Positions 20,997 through 29,973 of a stretch of 64,000 bases of DNA are shown here, piece after piece. The stretch lies in NCBI GenBank assembly GCA_034520965.1, contig JAXHMY010000008.1, positions 205,005 to 269,004 of the forward strand, in the 5' to 3' direction. Source of the stretch: Spirochaetia bacterium (GTDB lineage Bacteria; Spirochaetota; Spirochaetia; DSM-16054; Sediminispirochaetaceae). Both the position numbers and the translations under genes were made by a program. The notes under the pieces were generated by a model. That model saw nothing but the letters and a program-made list of their open reading frames with translations, ran no database searches and was not told the DNA's origin. Position 1 is the stretch's first letter, and the number at the start of each line of letters is the position of its first letter.

Positions 20997-21859
20997 TAAG
21001 CATGACCGGATACTCGTACCGAGAATATCAGGATGAACGGGTAAATCTTGCCCTTGAATTAAAATCCTACAATAATCGATATTTAGATATTGTGGTGAAT
21101 GCACCTCCCTTTCTCTCTCCTCTGGAGCCTGCGATACGTAACTATCTCAAATCAAGAATAGTCAGAGGCCGGGTTGAAATATCCCTGCGGGTAAAAGAGC
21201 TGGAAGAGGATTTGGAGGTGTATATTGATCAGAGTGCGGCCACGCAGTATGCTGCGGCACTGCGCCGACTGGCGGAAACAGTGGGCCTGCAAGAAGAGCC
21301 CCGGTTGAGCCACTTTCTGCGGCTGGAAGGGGTTATCAAGCCGGTAAAGAACCGTGACCTCGAATGGTTTGAAAAGTTGGTTCTCCAAGAGTTGGAAGAG
21401 GCTGCCACCGAATTTGTAAGATCTCGACGAACGGAAGGTGAATCTACCGATGCGGATATTCGTGCCCTCATGCAAAATATAGAAGCCGGCCTGGCCACGA
21501 TTGAAGCCCATTCGGTCAAGCTCGAAGAGTATATTCAGAACCAGCTTACTGAGCGCTTTAAAGAACTGGTAGGGGAGAACTACGACGAGAACCGCATTCT
21601 CTCCGAGACGGCGGTGATGCTGATGAAATACTCGGTAGGCGAAGAAACAGTACGGATGCGGAGTCATCTCGATCAGTTTATGAACTACATGCAGGAAAGC
21701 GGTGGTGTTGGTAAAAAGCTGGATTTTATTTGCCAGGAGATGCATCGGGAGATTAACACCATCGGTTCTAAAAGTACTATTATTGCAATAAACCAGGCTG
21801 TGGTTGAGGCAAAGGATTCACTAGAAAAAATAAGGGAGCAACTAAGGAATGTCGAATAA
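20993..21859 (+). CDS. yicC: YicC/YloC family endoribonuclease
   Basis: SMTGY N-terminus; GKKLDFICQEMHREINTIGSK; REQLRNVE. Confidence 0.94.
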   Translation: MISMTGYSYREYQDERVNLALELKSYNNRYLDIVVNAPPFLSPLEPAIRNYLKSRIVRGRVEISLRVKELEEDLEVYIDQSAATQYAAALRRLAETVGLQEEPRLSHFLRLEGVIKPVKNRDLEWFEKLVLQELEEAATEFVRSRRTEGESTDADIRALMQNIEAGLATIEAHSVKLEEYIQNQLTERFKELVGENYDENRILSETAVMLMKYSVGEETVRMRSHLDQFMNYMQESGGVGKKLDFICQEMHREINTIGSKSTIIAINQAVVEAKDSLEKIREQLRNVE

Positions 21860-22394
21860 GAACAACGGCTTAAAAATTGCAATTTCAGGCAAAAGCGGCT
21901 GCGGAAACTCGTCTGTAAGTCGTATAGTTGCGGAAAGGCTGAATCTACGCCTTATAAATTATACCTTTCATGATATGGCCGATGAGAAAGGAATAGATTT
22001 CGAGGAGTTTTGCAGTCTGGCTGAACAGGATTACTCTTACGATCGGGAGCTTGATAGAAAGCAGGTCGAAATGGCTGAGGAAGGGGACTGTGTGTTGGGC
22101 TCGCGGCTCGCAATCTGGCTGTTGGAAGATGCGGATTTGAAGGTGTATTTGAAGGCCTCGCTCGAAACCCGGGCTGCCAGAATTGCCGAGCGTGAGGGTG
22201 GAAGTGTGGAAGAAAAACTGAAGGAGACCCACCGCCGGGACCTGCGAGACAATGGGCGATACAAGAAAATCTACGGGATTGATAATGATAAATACGATTT
22301 TGCCGATTTAATTGTGGATGCAGATACCCAGAATCAGTTTCAAATAGCGGATATAATAGAACAAGCAGTTGATTCTTTACAGAATAAGGACTAA
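21849..22394 (+). CDS. cmk: Cytidylate kinase-like NMP kinase (archaeal-type Cmk family)
   Basis: ISGKSGCGNSS P-loop variant, DRELD, SRLAIW, RYKKIYGID. Confidence 0.8.
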   Translation: MSNKNNGLKIAISGKSGCGNSSVSRIVAERLNLRLINYTFHDMADEKGIDFEEFCSLAEQDYSYDRELDRKQVEMAEEGDCVLGSRLAIWLLEDADLKVYLKASLETRAARIAEREGGSVEEKLKETHRRDLRDNGRYKKIYGIDNDKYDFADLIVDADTQNQFQIADIIEQAVDSLQNKD

Positions 22395-22405
22395 TTTGCT
22401 ATACT
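22376..22405 (+). promoter_or_regulatory. Internal promoter candidate for rpoZ-miaA
   Basis: TTTACA N18 TATACT with TGn extended -10. Confidence 0.45.
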
Positions 22406-22463
22406 GCTACGCACAAAGTAATCTAACGTAAATAAACGACGTAAATAAATTAGGAGAAACTTG

Positions 22464-22655
22464 ATGATAATACCCCTCGATAAGCTTGTAAGCTGGAAAG
22501 GAAATATCTACGAAATGACCGCTGCCGCCATTAAGCGGGCAAATCAACTTACCATCACCGGTGATGAGGAAGTTGAAAGAAATAATGGAAAAGTAGTTCC
22601 CACCGCAATCAAACAAATTCTTGATAAAAAAGTTGAGTATAGAATCGAAGAATAA
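22464..22655 (+). CDS. rpoZ: RNA polymerase subunit omega
   Basis: 63 aa; NIYEMTAAAIKRANQL and KVVPTAI motifs; AGGAG SD; position after yicC-kinase. Confidence 0.85.
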   Translation: MIIPLDKLVSWKGNIYEMTAAAIKRANQLTITGDEEVERNNGKVVPTAIKQILDKKVEYRIEE

Positions 22656-23619
22656 TCGACCCGTCGTACTGCTGTTCGGTCCCACTGCGGTCGGCAAGAC
22701 CGCACTGGTGGAACAGCTCTTTGTTCATTCTGCGCATAAATTTGAAATAATCAATGCCGACTCAATGCAGGTATATCGCTCCCTTGATATTGGAACGGCA
22801 AAACCTTCTTCTGAACTACAGCGGCGTATCCACCATCATTTGATAGACGTGTGCAGTCCCTCTGAGCAGTATGATGTCGGGCAGTTTGTACGAGACGCGG
22901 ACCGTTTGGTACGGGATATTTGCTCCCGCGACTGCATTCCATTGATCACCGGCGGGACAGCCTTTTACTTTTACCACTTTATGTACGGCCTTCCCCCAAC
23001 TCCCGCGGCGGATTTGGAAATTCGAGAGGCCCTCTATAAAAGAGTGCGACATTCTGGCAGGGATGAACTGTTTCAGGAACTGCAGCAGTTTGATCCTGTG
23101 ACTGCCAAAAAGCTGCATCCAAACGATACTCAGCGTGTAATCCGGGCCTTGGAAGTGCTGCATAGTTCTGGGAAACCACTCAGCAGCTACCGGCAAACTC
23201 CGTCGCTGCGCCCCGGGTATGAGTACTTAGTTCTCGGCCTGTACCGTGACCGGGAGGAATTATACTCTCGAATCGATCGCCGGGTAGAGCAGATGTGGGC
23301 GGAAGGTCTGGTGGAAGAAGTGCGGGAATTGATAGCAGAAGGGTTTACAGCTGAGGATCCCGGGATGCGTGGCATCGGCTATCGCGAGTTTTTTGAAGCC
23401 CAAAGCTGTGGGTCCCAAAGCACTGAGCTTGGAAGTTTTACAAAAACTGTGGTCGATCAGATCAAAACTGAGATTAAAAAAAACAGCCGCCGTTATGCAA
23501 AACGACAAATTACTTTTTTTAAGCGGATGGCCGAGACCGAGTGGTATACTCCCGAAGAGTTTGAGGCCTTATCCGCACGGCTGTCGGAGTTCCTGCGCGA
23601 GTTTCTACGGCCCTATTGA
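22621..23619 (+). CDS. miaA: tRNA dimethylallyltransferase (start uncertain)
   Basis: GPTAVGKT, NADSMQVYRSLDIGTAKP, GGTAFY, HPND, GIGYRE, YAKRQITF. Confidence 0.96.
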   Translation: MIKKLSIESKNNRPVVLLFGPTAVGKTALVEQLFVHSAHKFEIINADSMQVYRSLDIGTAKPSSELQRRIHHHLIDVCSPSEQYDVGQFVRDADRLVRDICSRDCIPLITGGTAFYFYHFMYGLPPTPAADLEIREALYKRVRHSGRDELFQELQQFDPVTAKKLHPNDTQRVIRALEVLHSSGKPLSSYRQTPSLRPGYEYLVLGLYRDREELYSRIDRRVEQMWAEGLVEEVRELIAEGFTAEDPGMRGIGYREFFEAQSCGSQSTELGSFTKTVVDQIKTEIKKNSRRYAKRQITFFKRMAETEWYTPEEFEALSARLSEFLREFLRPY

Positions 23620-23632
23620 TTTGGTTTGATAT

Positions 23633-23808
23633 CAGCAATTCGCAATTTGAAAAATTTTGGAAATTTTTCAAATTGCGAATGCTTACATTTTGTTACGGCG
23701 TTTCAAAAATTTTTTGATTTTTGAAATCGCCTGAAGTAGTTTATCTTAAAGATATTGTGGGTATTCTCATTTTGGAAGTCCTAAGACTTCCAAAATGAGA
23801 ATTTCCTG
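23633..23808. mobile_element. Family B palindromic MITE-like element (three hairpins) flanked by 9-bp direct repeat GTTTGATAT
   Basis: Starts CAGCAATTC, ends GAATTTCCTG; perfect 20-bp IR 23638-23680, imperfect IR 23697-23731, perfect 18-bp IR 23763-23802; DR at 23624-23632 and 23809-23817. Confidence 0.75.
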
Positions 23809-23810
23809 GT

Positions 23811-23839
23811 TTGATATAAGGTTGGTTTTGCGGTACACT
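23811..23839 (+). promoter_or_regulatory. Sigma70-like promoter of FecR-domain gene
   Basis: TTGATA N17 TACACT; AAGGAG SD and ATG 23870 downstream. Confidence 0.6.
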
Positions 23840-23869
23840 TGTGAAAGTACAGATTAAAGGAGCCGAATA

Positions 23870-24892
23870 ATGCATGTGGCCGGTAGAACACTGAAAATAC
23901 GATTTTTGATAGCAGCCCTGTTGCTTTGTAGTGCTTTGATGCCCTTGTGGAGCCAGGCTTCTTCCGGTGCAGGGGCTATCGCGGGCAGTTTAATTTATGC
24001 ATCCGGTACCAGTTTCGAAGTTGTTCGGGAGGGGAAATCGGTCGAGTACGACCTTGCCTCCGACACTGTTGAGGGGCTGGAGTTTTATCCGGGAGATTAT
24101 ATAAACACCTACAAGGGTACTTTTTTAGAAATTCAGGTGGCAGGATCCAAAAATGTGCTCAAGATAGCTGAAAATACCAGTTTTATAATTGATGAAACCT
24201 CCGAACCGGACTCCTCCCGCTACAAAGTCTCCTATGGCCGGGTTCGGGCCAGGGTTAAAAAATTAGCAGGCTTATCACAGTTTGCAATAACAGGACCGAG
24301 TATGGTCGCAGGGGTACGGGGAACCGATTTTGGATATGATGTACTTTACAGTCCCGAAAAAGAGACCACGGTTGCCTCTGTGTACTGCTTTGAAGGGCAG
24401 GTGGAAGTTAAGCCTACTGTACAAATTGTTACCGAAGAGGAGAATATTGAACTCGCTGCGAATGAGATGATTTCGATCAGCGAAATAAGTGCGGGTACGG
24501 AACCTCGTTATGCCTTTCAAAGGGAGGCCCTTTCATTGGAAATAAAGACTTTCTGGAATCAGCACGATTTTCAGGCTACTCCCATTGAAGTTTCCCCTGC
24601 CGGCACAATTCCAACAGAGACCGAGGCTCCGTCAGGAACTGAAGACGAAGGCAAAGAGCCGCCTCCCGGGGCTCAGTTTAAGTTTACCCAGTCACAGCTG
24701 AGGCGAGGGTCGCTCTTGACCGCCGGTATAGGAGCCGTTTTCGGTGCAGCAGCACTCACCTTTGCCTATGCCGATCCCCTCGTTGGAGATATGAATCGGG
24801 ATGTGCGTGATAATTTAGCTCTGTCCATGAGCATTTCCAGTGGGCTCTTTCTCAGTACCTCCGTATTTACCTTTATTGCATCGCTGTTTTAA
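23870..24892 (+). CDS. Exported FecR-domain protein with C-terminal membrane anchor
   Basis: Signal peptide; KIAENTSF, YGRVRA, VAGVRGTDF, FEGQVEV FecR-like motifs; C-terminal hydrophobic helices. Confidence 0.75.
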   Translation: MHVAGRTLKIRFLIAALLLCSALMPLWSQASSGAGAIAGSLIYASGTSFEVVREGKSVEYDLASDTVEGLEFYPGDYINTYKGTFLEIQVAGSKNVLKIAENTSFIIDETSEPDSSRYKVSYGRVRARVKKLAGLSQFAITGPSMVAGVRGTDFGYDVLYSPEKETTVASVYCFEGQVEVKPTVQIVTEEENIELAANEMISISEISAGTEPRYAFQREALSLEIKTFWNQHDFQATPIEVSPAGTIPTETEAPSGTEDEGKEPPPGAQFKFTQSQLRRGSLLTAGIGAVFGAAALTFAYADPLVGDMNRDVRDNLALSMSISSGLFLSTSVFTFIASLF

Positions 24893-26429
24893 AGTCGTAC
24901 GGTTCATAGTGCGTACGCTCAATACGGTCTATCTTCCAGCCCTTGGATGTCTCGTTCATGCTCACCATTTCTCTTACCCGAAAAGCCTGTACTTCACCGG
25001 TGGAGGCGATTGCTGCCATTTCTTCTTCTGAAGTAAGCTCTTCAGCTTTAGGAGGCAGGGTCGACCATTGGATGAAAGAAACTTCGAACCGGTGGTTCTT
25101 GGCGGTGGGGTTTATTTTAAGATCAGAGACACCAAAGACAAAACTGCTGTCCTTCAATTCAGGCCTTCCGGCTGCAATCCACTCCGGGGCTGGAGTAAAT
25201 ACATCTTTCATCTCGATTCCCTGACGCACCCTTGAAATTACAAAGAGAGTCGTGACTTGGTTTATATACGCTTTTCCGGTTGAACTACTGGTACACTGAT
25301 TCATGGCCTCATGATCCAGGCTGTTTTGGCTTAGGTAAAAGAGTTCAATTACTTCTGTGGGAGCAAGACCTTCGGTAATATCAGGTTCAAACGCTTTTTT
25401 CACAAAGGGGGTCGCAAAAAAGGCCAGCACTATCAGAGCTGCTGCAGTTATAAAAACAGTAGAGCCGTGGTTTTTCTTGAAATTACGCCTTTTTTCTCTT
25501 TTACGTACAGCCTGTTCCGCCGCATCGGCATTTTTCCGGCGTTCTTCGGCCTGCTCCAGATGGATATTCTCAAAAATCGTATTGTCCCGCCAGGCGGAAA
25601 TTTCGTCTGCAAACTCCAAAATCTTAGCGGCTAGAGGCGAGCTATCTGCAGATTGGGAGCTTGAAGCCCGTGCGCCTCTGGTCCGCGAAGCAGAAGATCG
25701 AGCAGAAGATCGACCAGTAACTATCCTGTTATTCACTGTTTTGAATAGAAAATCAGCAATTCGTGGATTCAGTTGGGGCAGCTGTGAGTGTAGATGCAAT
25801 GCTGTCTGAGAACCCTGGGTGCTTCCGTCACTGTGAGGCGCGGCTTGACTGTAGCCATTGTTGCTGCTTTGAAGCAGTTGAAGCTGCAGGTGATGTGCCA
25901 ACACCGGTAAAATCTCTTGCTGCCCCCCTATAGCTCCTGTCTCTTCCCTTTCCGGTGTTGCGATCAGCTGCTCATAATTTTGCTGGGTGAGCTGGGCAAT
26001 TTGCGGATGAAGAAAGTAGAAGTTCCCGCTTTCATCATAGAAGCTCGCCGAAAGATACAGCGCATCGGCATCAAGCTGCTCACGACTTGCAAGGGCCTTG
26101 AGAGCCCGTAGATAACGCTCGAGCATACGAAGGGTCCCTTCTATCTTCATGTGGAACACATCGCTTATGGGACGCAGCTCCGGGGAGGTATCGGAGAAGG
26201 TCAGATAGAGCCATTTTTGGTGCTCCATGGTAGAGTTCCATTGCCAGGGGGAGATATCCTTTTCAGACACGTACCAGCCGCTTAAGTTCTGAGGATTTCG
26301 AATCGTTTTGTGAAGACCTGAATGGGCAGGTGCGATTCTAATACCGGTGTATGTATGCTCTCCACTGCTCAGGGATGTGACCAGGGGTGGAGAAATTTCC
26401 TTTGATCGAACTAGTGATGATGCCTGCAT
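24873..26429 (-). CDS. Hypothetical single-pass membrane protein
   Basis: 518-aa ORF; basic cluster then TM (TVFITAAALIVLAFF) and periplasmic C-terminal domain; 4 nt after amrA stop. Confidence 0.7.
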   Translation of the reverse strand: MQASSLVRSKEISPPLVTSLSSGEHTYTGIRIAPAHSGLHKTIRNPQNLSGWYVSEKDISPWQWNSTMEHQKWLYLTFSDTSPELRPISDVFHMKIEGTLRMLERYLRALKALASREQLDADALYLSASFYDESGNFYFLHPQIAQLTQQNYEQLIATPEREETGAIGGQQEILPVLAHHLQLQLLQSSNNGYSQAAPHSDGSTQGSQTALHLHSQLPQLNPRIADFLFKTVNNRIVTGRSSARSSASRTRGARASSSQSADSSPLAAKILEFADEISAWRDNTIFENIHLEQAEERRKNADAAEQAVRKREKRRNFKKNHGSTVFITAAALIVLAFFATPFVKKAFEPDITEGLAPTEVIELFYLSQNSLDHEAMNQCTSSSTGKAYINQVTTLFVISRVRQGIEMKDVFTPAPEWIAAGRPELKDSSFVFGVSDLKINPTAKNHRFEVSFIQWSTLPPKAEELTSEEEMAAIASTGEVQAFRVREMVSMNETSKGWKIDRIERTHYEPYDFKTAMQ

Positions 26430-26433
26430 ATAA

Positions 26434-26988
26434 TTATTGCTCCTTTTCTCCGAATACTATGGCAGTGAACAGATACAACTCGACCTGCGGGTTGGTCCAG
26501 CAGTCGCCTGGAAGACCTGCTTTTAGGCAGAGGTTGCTTAAATATTGTCGGCGGTTCCAGCCCTGTTCTAGTGGTACTTGCGGCAGTAATACTCCCGAAC
26601 GGGCTCCGGTTTTAATATAGACCCCGTGTACTCCCACTTCAACCTGTTCGGCCGATTCAGCCCGTTCAAGAGGGGTGAGCACGGAGATCTCTATATCCAC
26701 CGCATCTAATTCAGATAGGTTCAGGGGTGGAAAACGGGGGTCTTCAAATGCACTTGCCCGGGCCAACTCTTTCACCGCTTCGAACAGCGGCTTAGTGGCG
26801 ATTATATGACCGATACAGCCCCGCAGCTTATCTCCACTATGCAGGGTGACGAAGGCACCGCAGTCCTGCTGCAGGTTTTCATTTGCTTCGGGGTATTGCG
26901 GAGGCTCCCCGGTAAGTGCTCCGCGGATGCTCTCGCGGGCTGTCTTTAGCAAAATTGATTTTTCCTGAGAAGAAAGGGTAAATTTCAT
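26434..26988 (-). CDS. amrA: AMMECR1-domain protein (AmmeMemoRadiSam protein A)
   Basis: GAFVTL, LRGCIG, DPRFPPL, EISVLT, GVLLPQV, LCLKAGL. Confidence 0.93.
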   Translation of the reverse strand: MKFTLSSQEKSILLKTARESIRGALTGEPPQYPEANENLQQDCGAFVTLHSGDKLRGCIGHIIATKPLFEAVKELARASAFEDPRFPPLNLSELDAVDIEISVLTPLERAESAEQVEVGVHGVYIKTGARSGVLLPQVPLEQGWNRRQYLSNLCLKAGLPGDCWTNPQVELYLFTAIVFGEKEQ

Positions 26989-27881
26989 AATTCCTCCCTG
27001 TCAGTGTGTGTCTTTATAGGGGTATAACCGGCAAAACTTCCGTACCATACCTCTCTCTGCTCCGGCTGTATGATTCCTGAGCGTCCCACCTCTAAATTGA
27101 GGTAAGTAAGGCTCCCGTGGAACAGCTCCTGTACCAGCTGAAGCCCACCCCGGCCGCAGGCTGTAATTTGGCGTGACGCCAAAAAGTCAGGCGAGTTCTT
27201 CCCAAGTTCAGAGAGAAAACTCTGGGCTTGTTTCTGGGCATTCACTGAATCGGTAAAATTGCTGAGATTAGAACTGATGACAAAAAGGGTATGTGGGTCG
27301 TTAGTCAGCCGCAACTGTCCTAAAGCATGTGCAGTGTGCTGTATGAGCTCCCGTGAGTTTTGACCCAGCAGCAGCGGCAGAATAGTAGCCTTGGCTGCGG
27401 TCTGAGCAAGCATGGGCAGGAGTATCTCCTGGGAGTGCTCCTCTGCAAAGGGAATATTATTTATCTGAAAAGGGCTTCCGCCGTCGGAAAAACTGCCGTT
27501 GGAACTGTCATTAAGGCGGCGAATCAGCTGGGTATCCACTGGGAAATCGGCGAGGGGGCATCGGAATGCATCGAAACCCGGAAGCCACACCCGCTGCTCA
27601 AAATCCCGGTGCACTGTAGATACAAGTACTATCCGCTCAATAGCCCCGGCCTGAGATACAAGACGAAAGGCCCGGGCAAGGTAGCTTCCTATATGTTGAT
27701 ATGAGGCATGGGGTACAAGCAAAACCCGCAGTTGCTGGTCCGGTGGGGGACTTATCTGGTTGTCCTCTTCTGCAGATACCCTTTCCAGCAGATCCTGCAC
27801 TAGACGTGCAAGTTCATCCGCATCTTCCGGATAAAATATACCGCTTACAATTGGAGCACGAAGCTTTGATCCAGTTTCCAT
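26985..27881 (-). CDS. amrB: MEMO1-family protein (AmmeMemoRadiSam protein B), divergent active site
   Basis: RAPIVSGIFYP, PHASY, EEHSQE, SSNLSNF, ACG; start ATG 27881. Confidence 0.8.
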   Translation of the reverse strand: METGSKLRAPIVSGIFYPEDADELARLVQDLLERVSAEEDNQISPPPDQQLRVLLVPHASYQHIGSYLARAFRLVSQAGAIERIVLVSTVHRDFEQRVWLPGFDAFRCPLADFPVDTQLIRRLNDSSNGSFSDGGSPFQINNIPFAEEHSQEILLPMLAQTAAKATILPLLLGQNSRELIQHTAHALGQLRLTNDPHTLFVISSNLSNFTDSVNAQKQAQSFLSELGKNSPDFLASRQITACGRGGLQLVQELFHGSLTYLNLEVGRSGIIQPEQREVWYGSFAGYTPIKTHTDREEL

Positions 27882-27939
27882 AGCTGTATTATCTCGCACT
27901 TGGTCCACTCTTGCAATCCATGATGAGCTATTGCTCGTA

Positions 27940-29376
27940 TTAGCTGCCGAGTAGTCGCTGAATACGTTCCTCATCGAGTTCTATTGAGATGTTTTTTTCT
28001 TGTGTTGGAATGACCAGTCCTTGGGGCCCCTCTTTTGCCCGTCGCAGGTATTTAACCTGGGTGTAATAAAGTTCAGCCTTACCTCCGGTTCTTCCCTTAG
28101 AGTAATGCAAAGCTAAATTGCCGGCATCCAGCAGGGTCTCCAGGGGAACCGATTTACCGGAGATGTATTTTATAAAGACATATCCCCCGGGATAGTCACG
28201 GGTGTGCAGCCAGTAATCATTGCCCCGCACATAATGGCGGAGAAGTGCGTCGTTTTCCTTAGCGGTTCGCCCTACAAGAATTGTGAACTGTCCGGACTGA
28301 AAGCGCAAGCCCGGTGCGGCAGTGCCGGTTTTTTCCCCTTTTTTAGGACTGTACTGGGAAATAAATTCCTTTAGTGCCTGTAGCTGCTCTTCAGGGCCTT
28401 CGATTGCATCTATTTGTTTAGCCTGCTGCTGCAGTTGCCGTTTACTCTGTTTGAGGTTGGCTAGTTCCTCTGTAAGATGCTCTCTCTGGCGTTTTGCTTT
28501 TCTGTATTTGTTGTAATAGGCTTCACCGTTCTGCTGTGGGCTGAGGGTGGGATCCAACTCAATCTCGGTGGGGGCGTTTTCATGATAAAAATCATCCAAG
28601 CGCACCCATTTACTTCCCGGCTGAATTAAATGCAGATTGGCCATTATAAGATCTCCGGTCTGCTTCAAGCCCTCCAGCTCCTCATTGTCATAGGATTTTC
28701 GCTGCAGCTCGGCGAGTTTAGAATCGATATTAGCTATCTGTTTTTCATGCAGCGTCTCCGCCCGCTCTCTAAGGCTGCCTAACTCTTGTTCTATCTCGCG
28801 ATTGAAATACTCCTGCTCAATGAACTGATTGAAGCTCATTGAGGTCGGGTTTTCACGGGGGATAAACTTCTTGGGGGGAGTATCACCTGTGGTTTTGGCT
28901 TTGGCGGTTGCGATCAGCTCTTGGGGGTTAAAGTACTCTCCCGAGATTTCGTGGCGCTTGGGGCGACGGTAAAATGCGTCAAGGATGATATTGCTGCTGT
29001 CGGTGGCGATAATATTTGCAGCCCCTCCCCACAGCCGAATATACAGCAGCGTCGTTTCTCCTCCGCGGCTAATCTCCAATCGTACTATCCGCTCGCCGCC
29101 TATCTGTTCTGCAATGCGAATCTTCCCTCCCTTGATGCGCGAGCGCAGGAACTGGGCAAAACGCTGCAGGGGAACTTGATTTTTGAACGAACGGGTGAGG
29201 CGATGGAGACGGGTTTTCCCCTGGGCCAGAGATATGAACAGACTTTGTCGATTCCCGGGCGCGTAGAGGTCGAGCACGAGGGTCTTAAAATCGGGTTGAC
29301 GGATTTTCTGGATAGAGCTGTTTTCTAAGTGAAGCTCCTCCAGAATCAGGTCGATCTCTCTCCAGTTTAATGACAC
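27940..29376 (-). CDS. NFACT/RqcH (FbpA-like) ribosome quality-control family protein
   Basis: ERIVRL, ANII, coiled coil with YYNKYRKAK, NFACT-R VGRTAKENDAL and WLHTRDYPG. Confidence 0.88.
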   Translation of the reverse strand: MSLNWREIDLILEELHLENSSIQKIRQPDFKTLVLDLYAPGNRQSLFISLAQGKTRLHRLTRSFKNQVPLQRFAQFLRSRIKGGKIRIAEQIGGERIVRLEISRGGETTLLYIRLWGGAANIIATDSSNIILDAFYRRPKRHEISGEYFNPQELIATAKAKTTGDTPPKKFIPRENPTSMSFNQFIEQEYFNREIEQELGSLRERAETLHEKQIANIDSKLAELQRKSYDNEELEGLKQTGDLIMANLHLIQPGSKWVRLDDFYHENAPTEIELDPTLSPQQNGEAYYNKYRKAKRQREHLTEELANLKQSKRQLQQQAKQIDAIEGPEEQLQALKEFISQYSPKKGEKTGTAAPGLRFQSGQFTILVGRTAKENDALLRHYVRGNDYWLHTRDYPGGYVFIKYISGKSVPLETLLDAGNLALHYSKGRTGGKAELYYTQVKYLRRAKEGPQGLVIPTQEKNISIELDEERIQRLLGS

Positions 29377-29379
29377 AGG

Positions 29380-29931
29380 CTACTCCAGGTTGTGGGTTTG
29401 CAATGTCTCAAGAAATACCTGCTCGTCATCGCTGCTGAAAAAGACCAAATACACCTCCCTGGGGAGGCTGTGACGGCTGAGAAACTTCTTTAGAGTCTGA
29501 AATACAATAGTGGCGGCCTTTGATTTCGGAAAGCCGTATACTCCGGTACTGATAGCCGGAAAGGCGACTGTTTTTAATCCCGTTTCAGCTGCAACTGAAA
29601 GGGAATTGGTATACGCTGCTTCAAGCTCTTGTTCTTCATCCTGGCTACCCCCGTGCCATACCGGGCCGACAGTGTGGATTACATGGGAGGAGGGAAGTTT
29701 TCCCGCATTAGTAATCACTGCTTTGCCGGTTGGAAGCCCTTCCGGATACTGATGTTGACGGATTTCCTTGCACTCCCGTAGAATTGCATCCCCTCCACGA
29801 CGGTGGATGGCTCCATCAACACCACCGCCACCCATCAAACTGGAGTTGGCTGCATTTACAATAGCATCAACTTCAATTGAGGTAATATCTCCGGTTTGAA
29901 CAATCACACGATCCTGCAGCAGCTTTTTCAT
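29380..29931 (-). CDS. Macro-domain O-acetyl-ADP-ribose deacetylase (YmdB-like)
   Basis: GDIT, AIVNAANSSLMGGGGVDGAIH, VIHTVGP, FPAISTGVYGFP. Confidence 0.93.
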   Translation of the reverse strand: MKKLLQDRVIVQTGDITSIEVDAIVNAANSSLMGGGGVDGAIHRRGGDAILRECKEIRQHQYPEGLPTGKAVITNAGKLPSSHVIHTVGPVWHGGSQDEEQELEAAYTNSLSVAAETGLKTVAFPAISTGVYGFPKSKAATIVFQTLKKFLSRHSLPREVYLVFFSSDDEQVFLETLQTHNLE

Positions 29932-29941
29932 AAGATTCCTC

Positions 29942-29973
29942 CTATTAAGAAAATAGCCGAATACGGCTATTTT
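29942..29973 (+). repeat. Family A repeat, partial copy (first hairpin only, loop inverted)
   Basis: CTATTAAGAAAATAGCCG-AATA-CGGCTATTTT; contains hisC stop codon. Confidence 0.8.
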
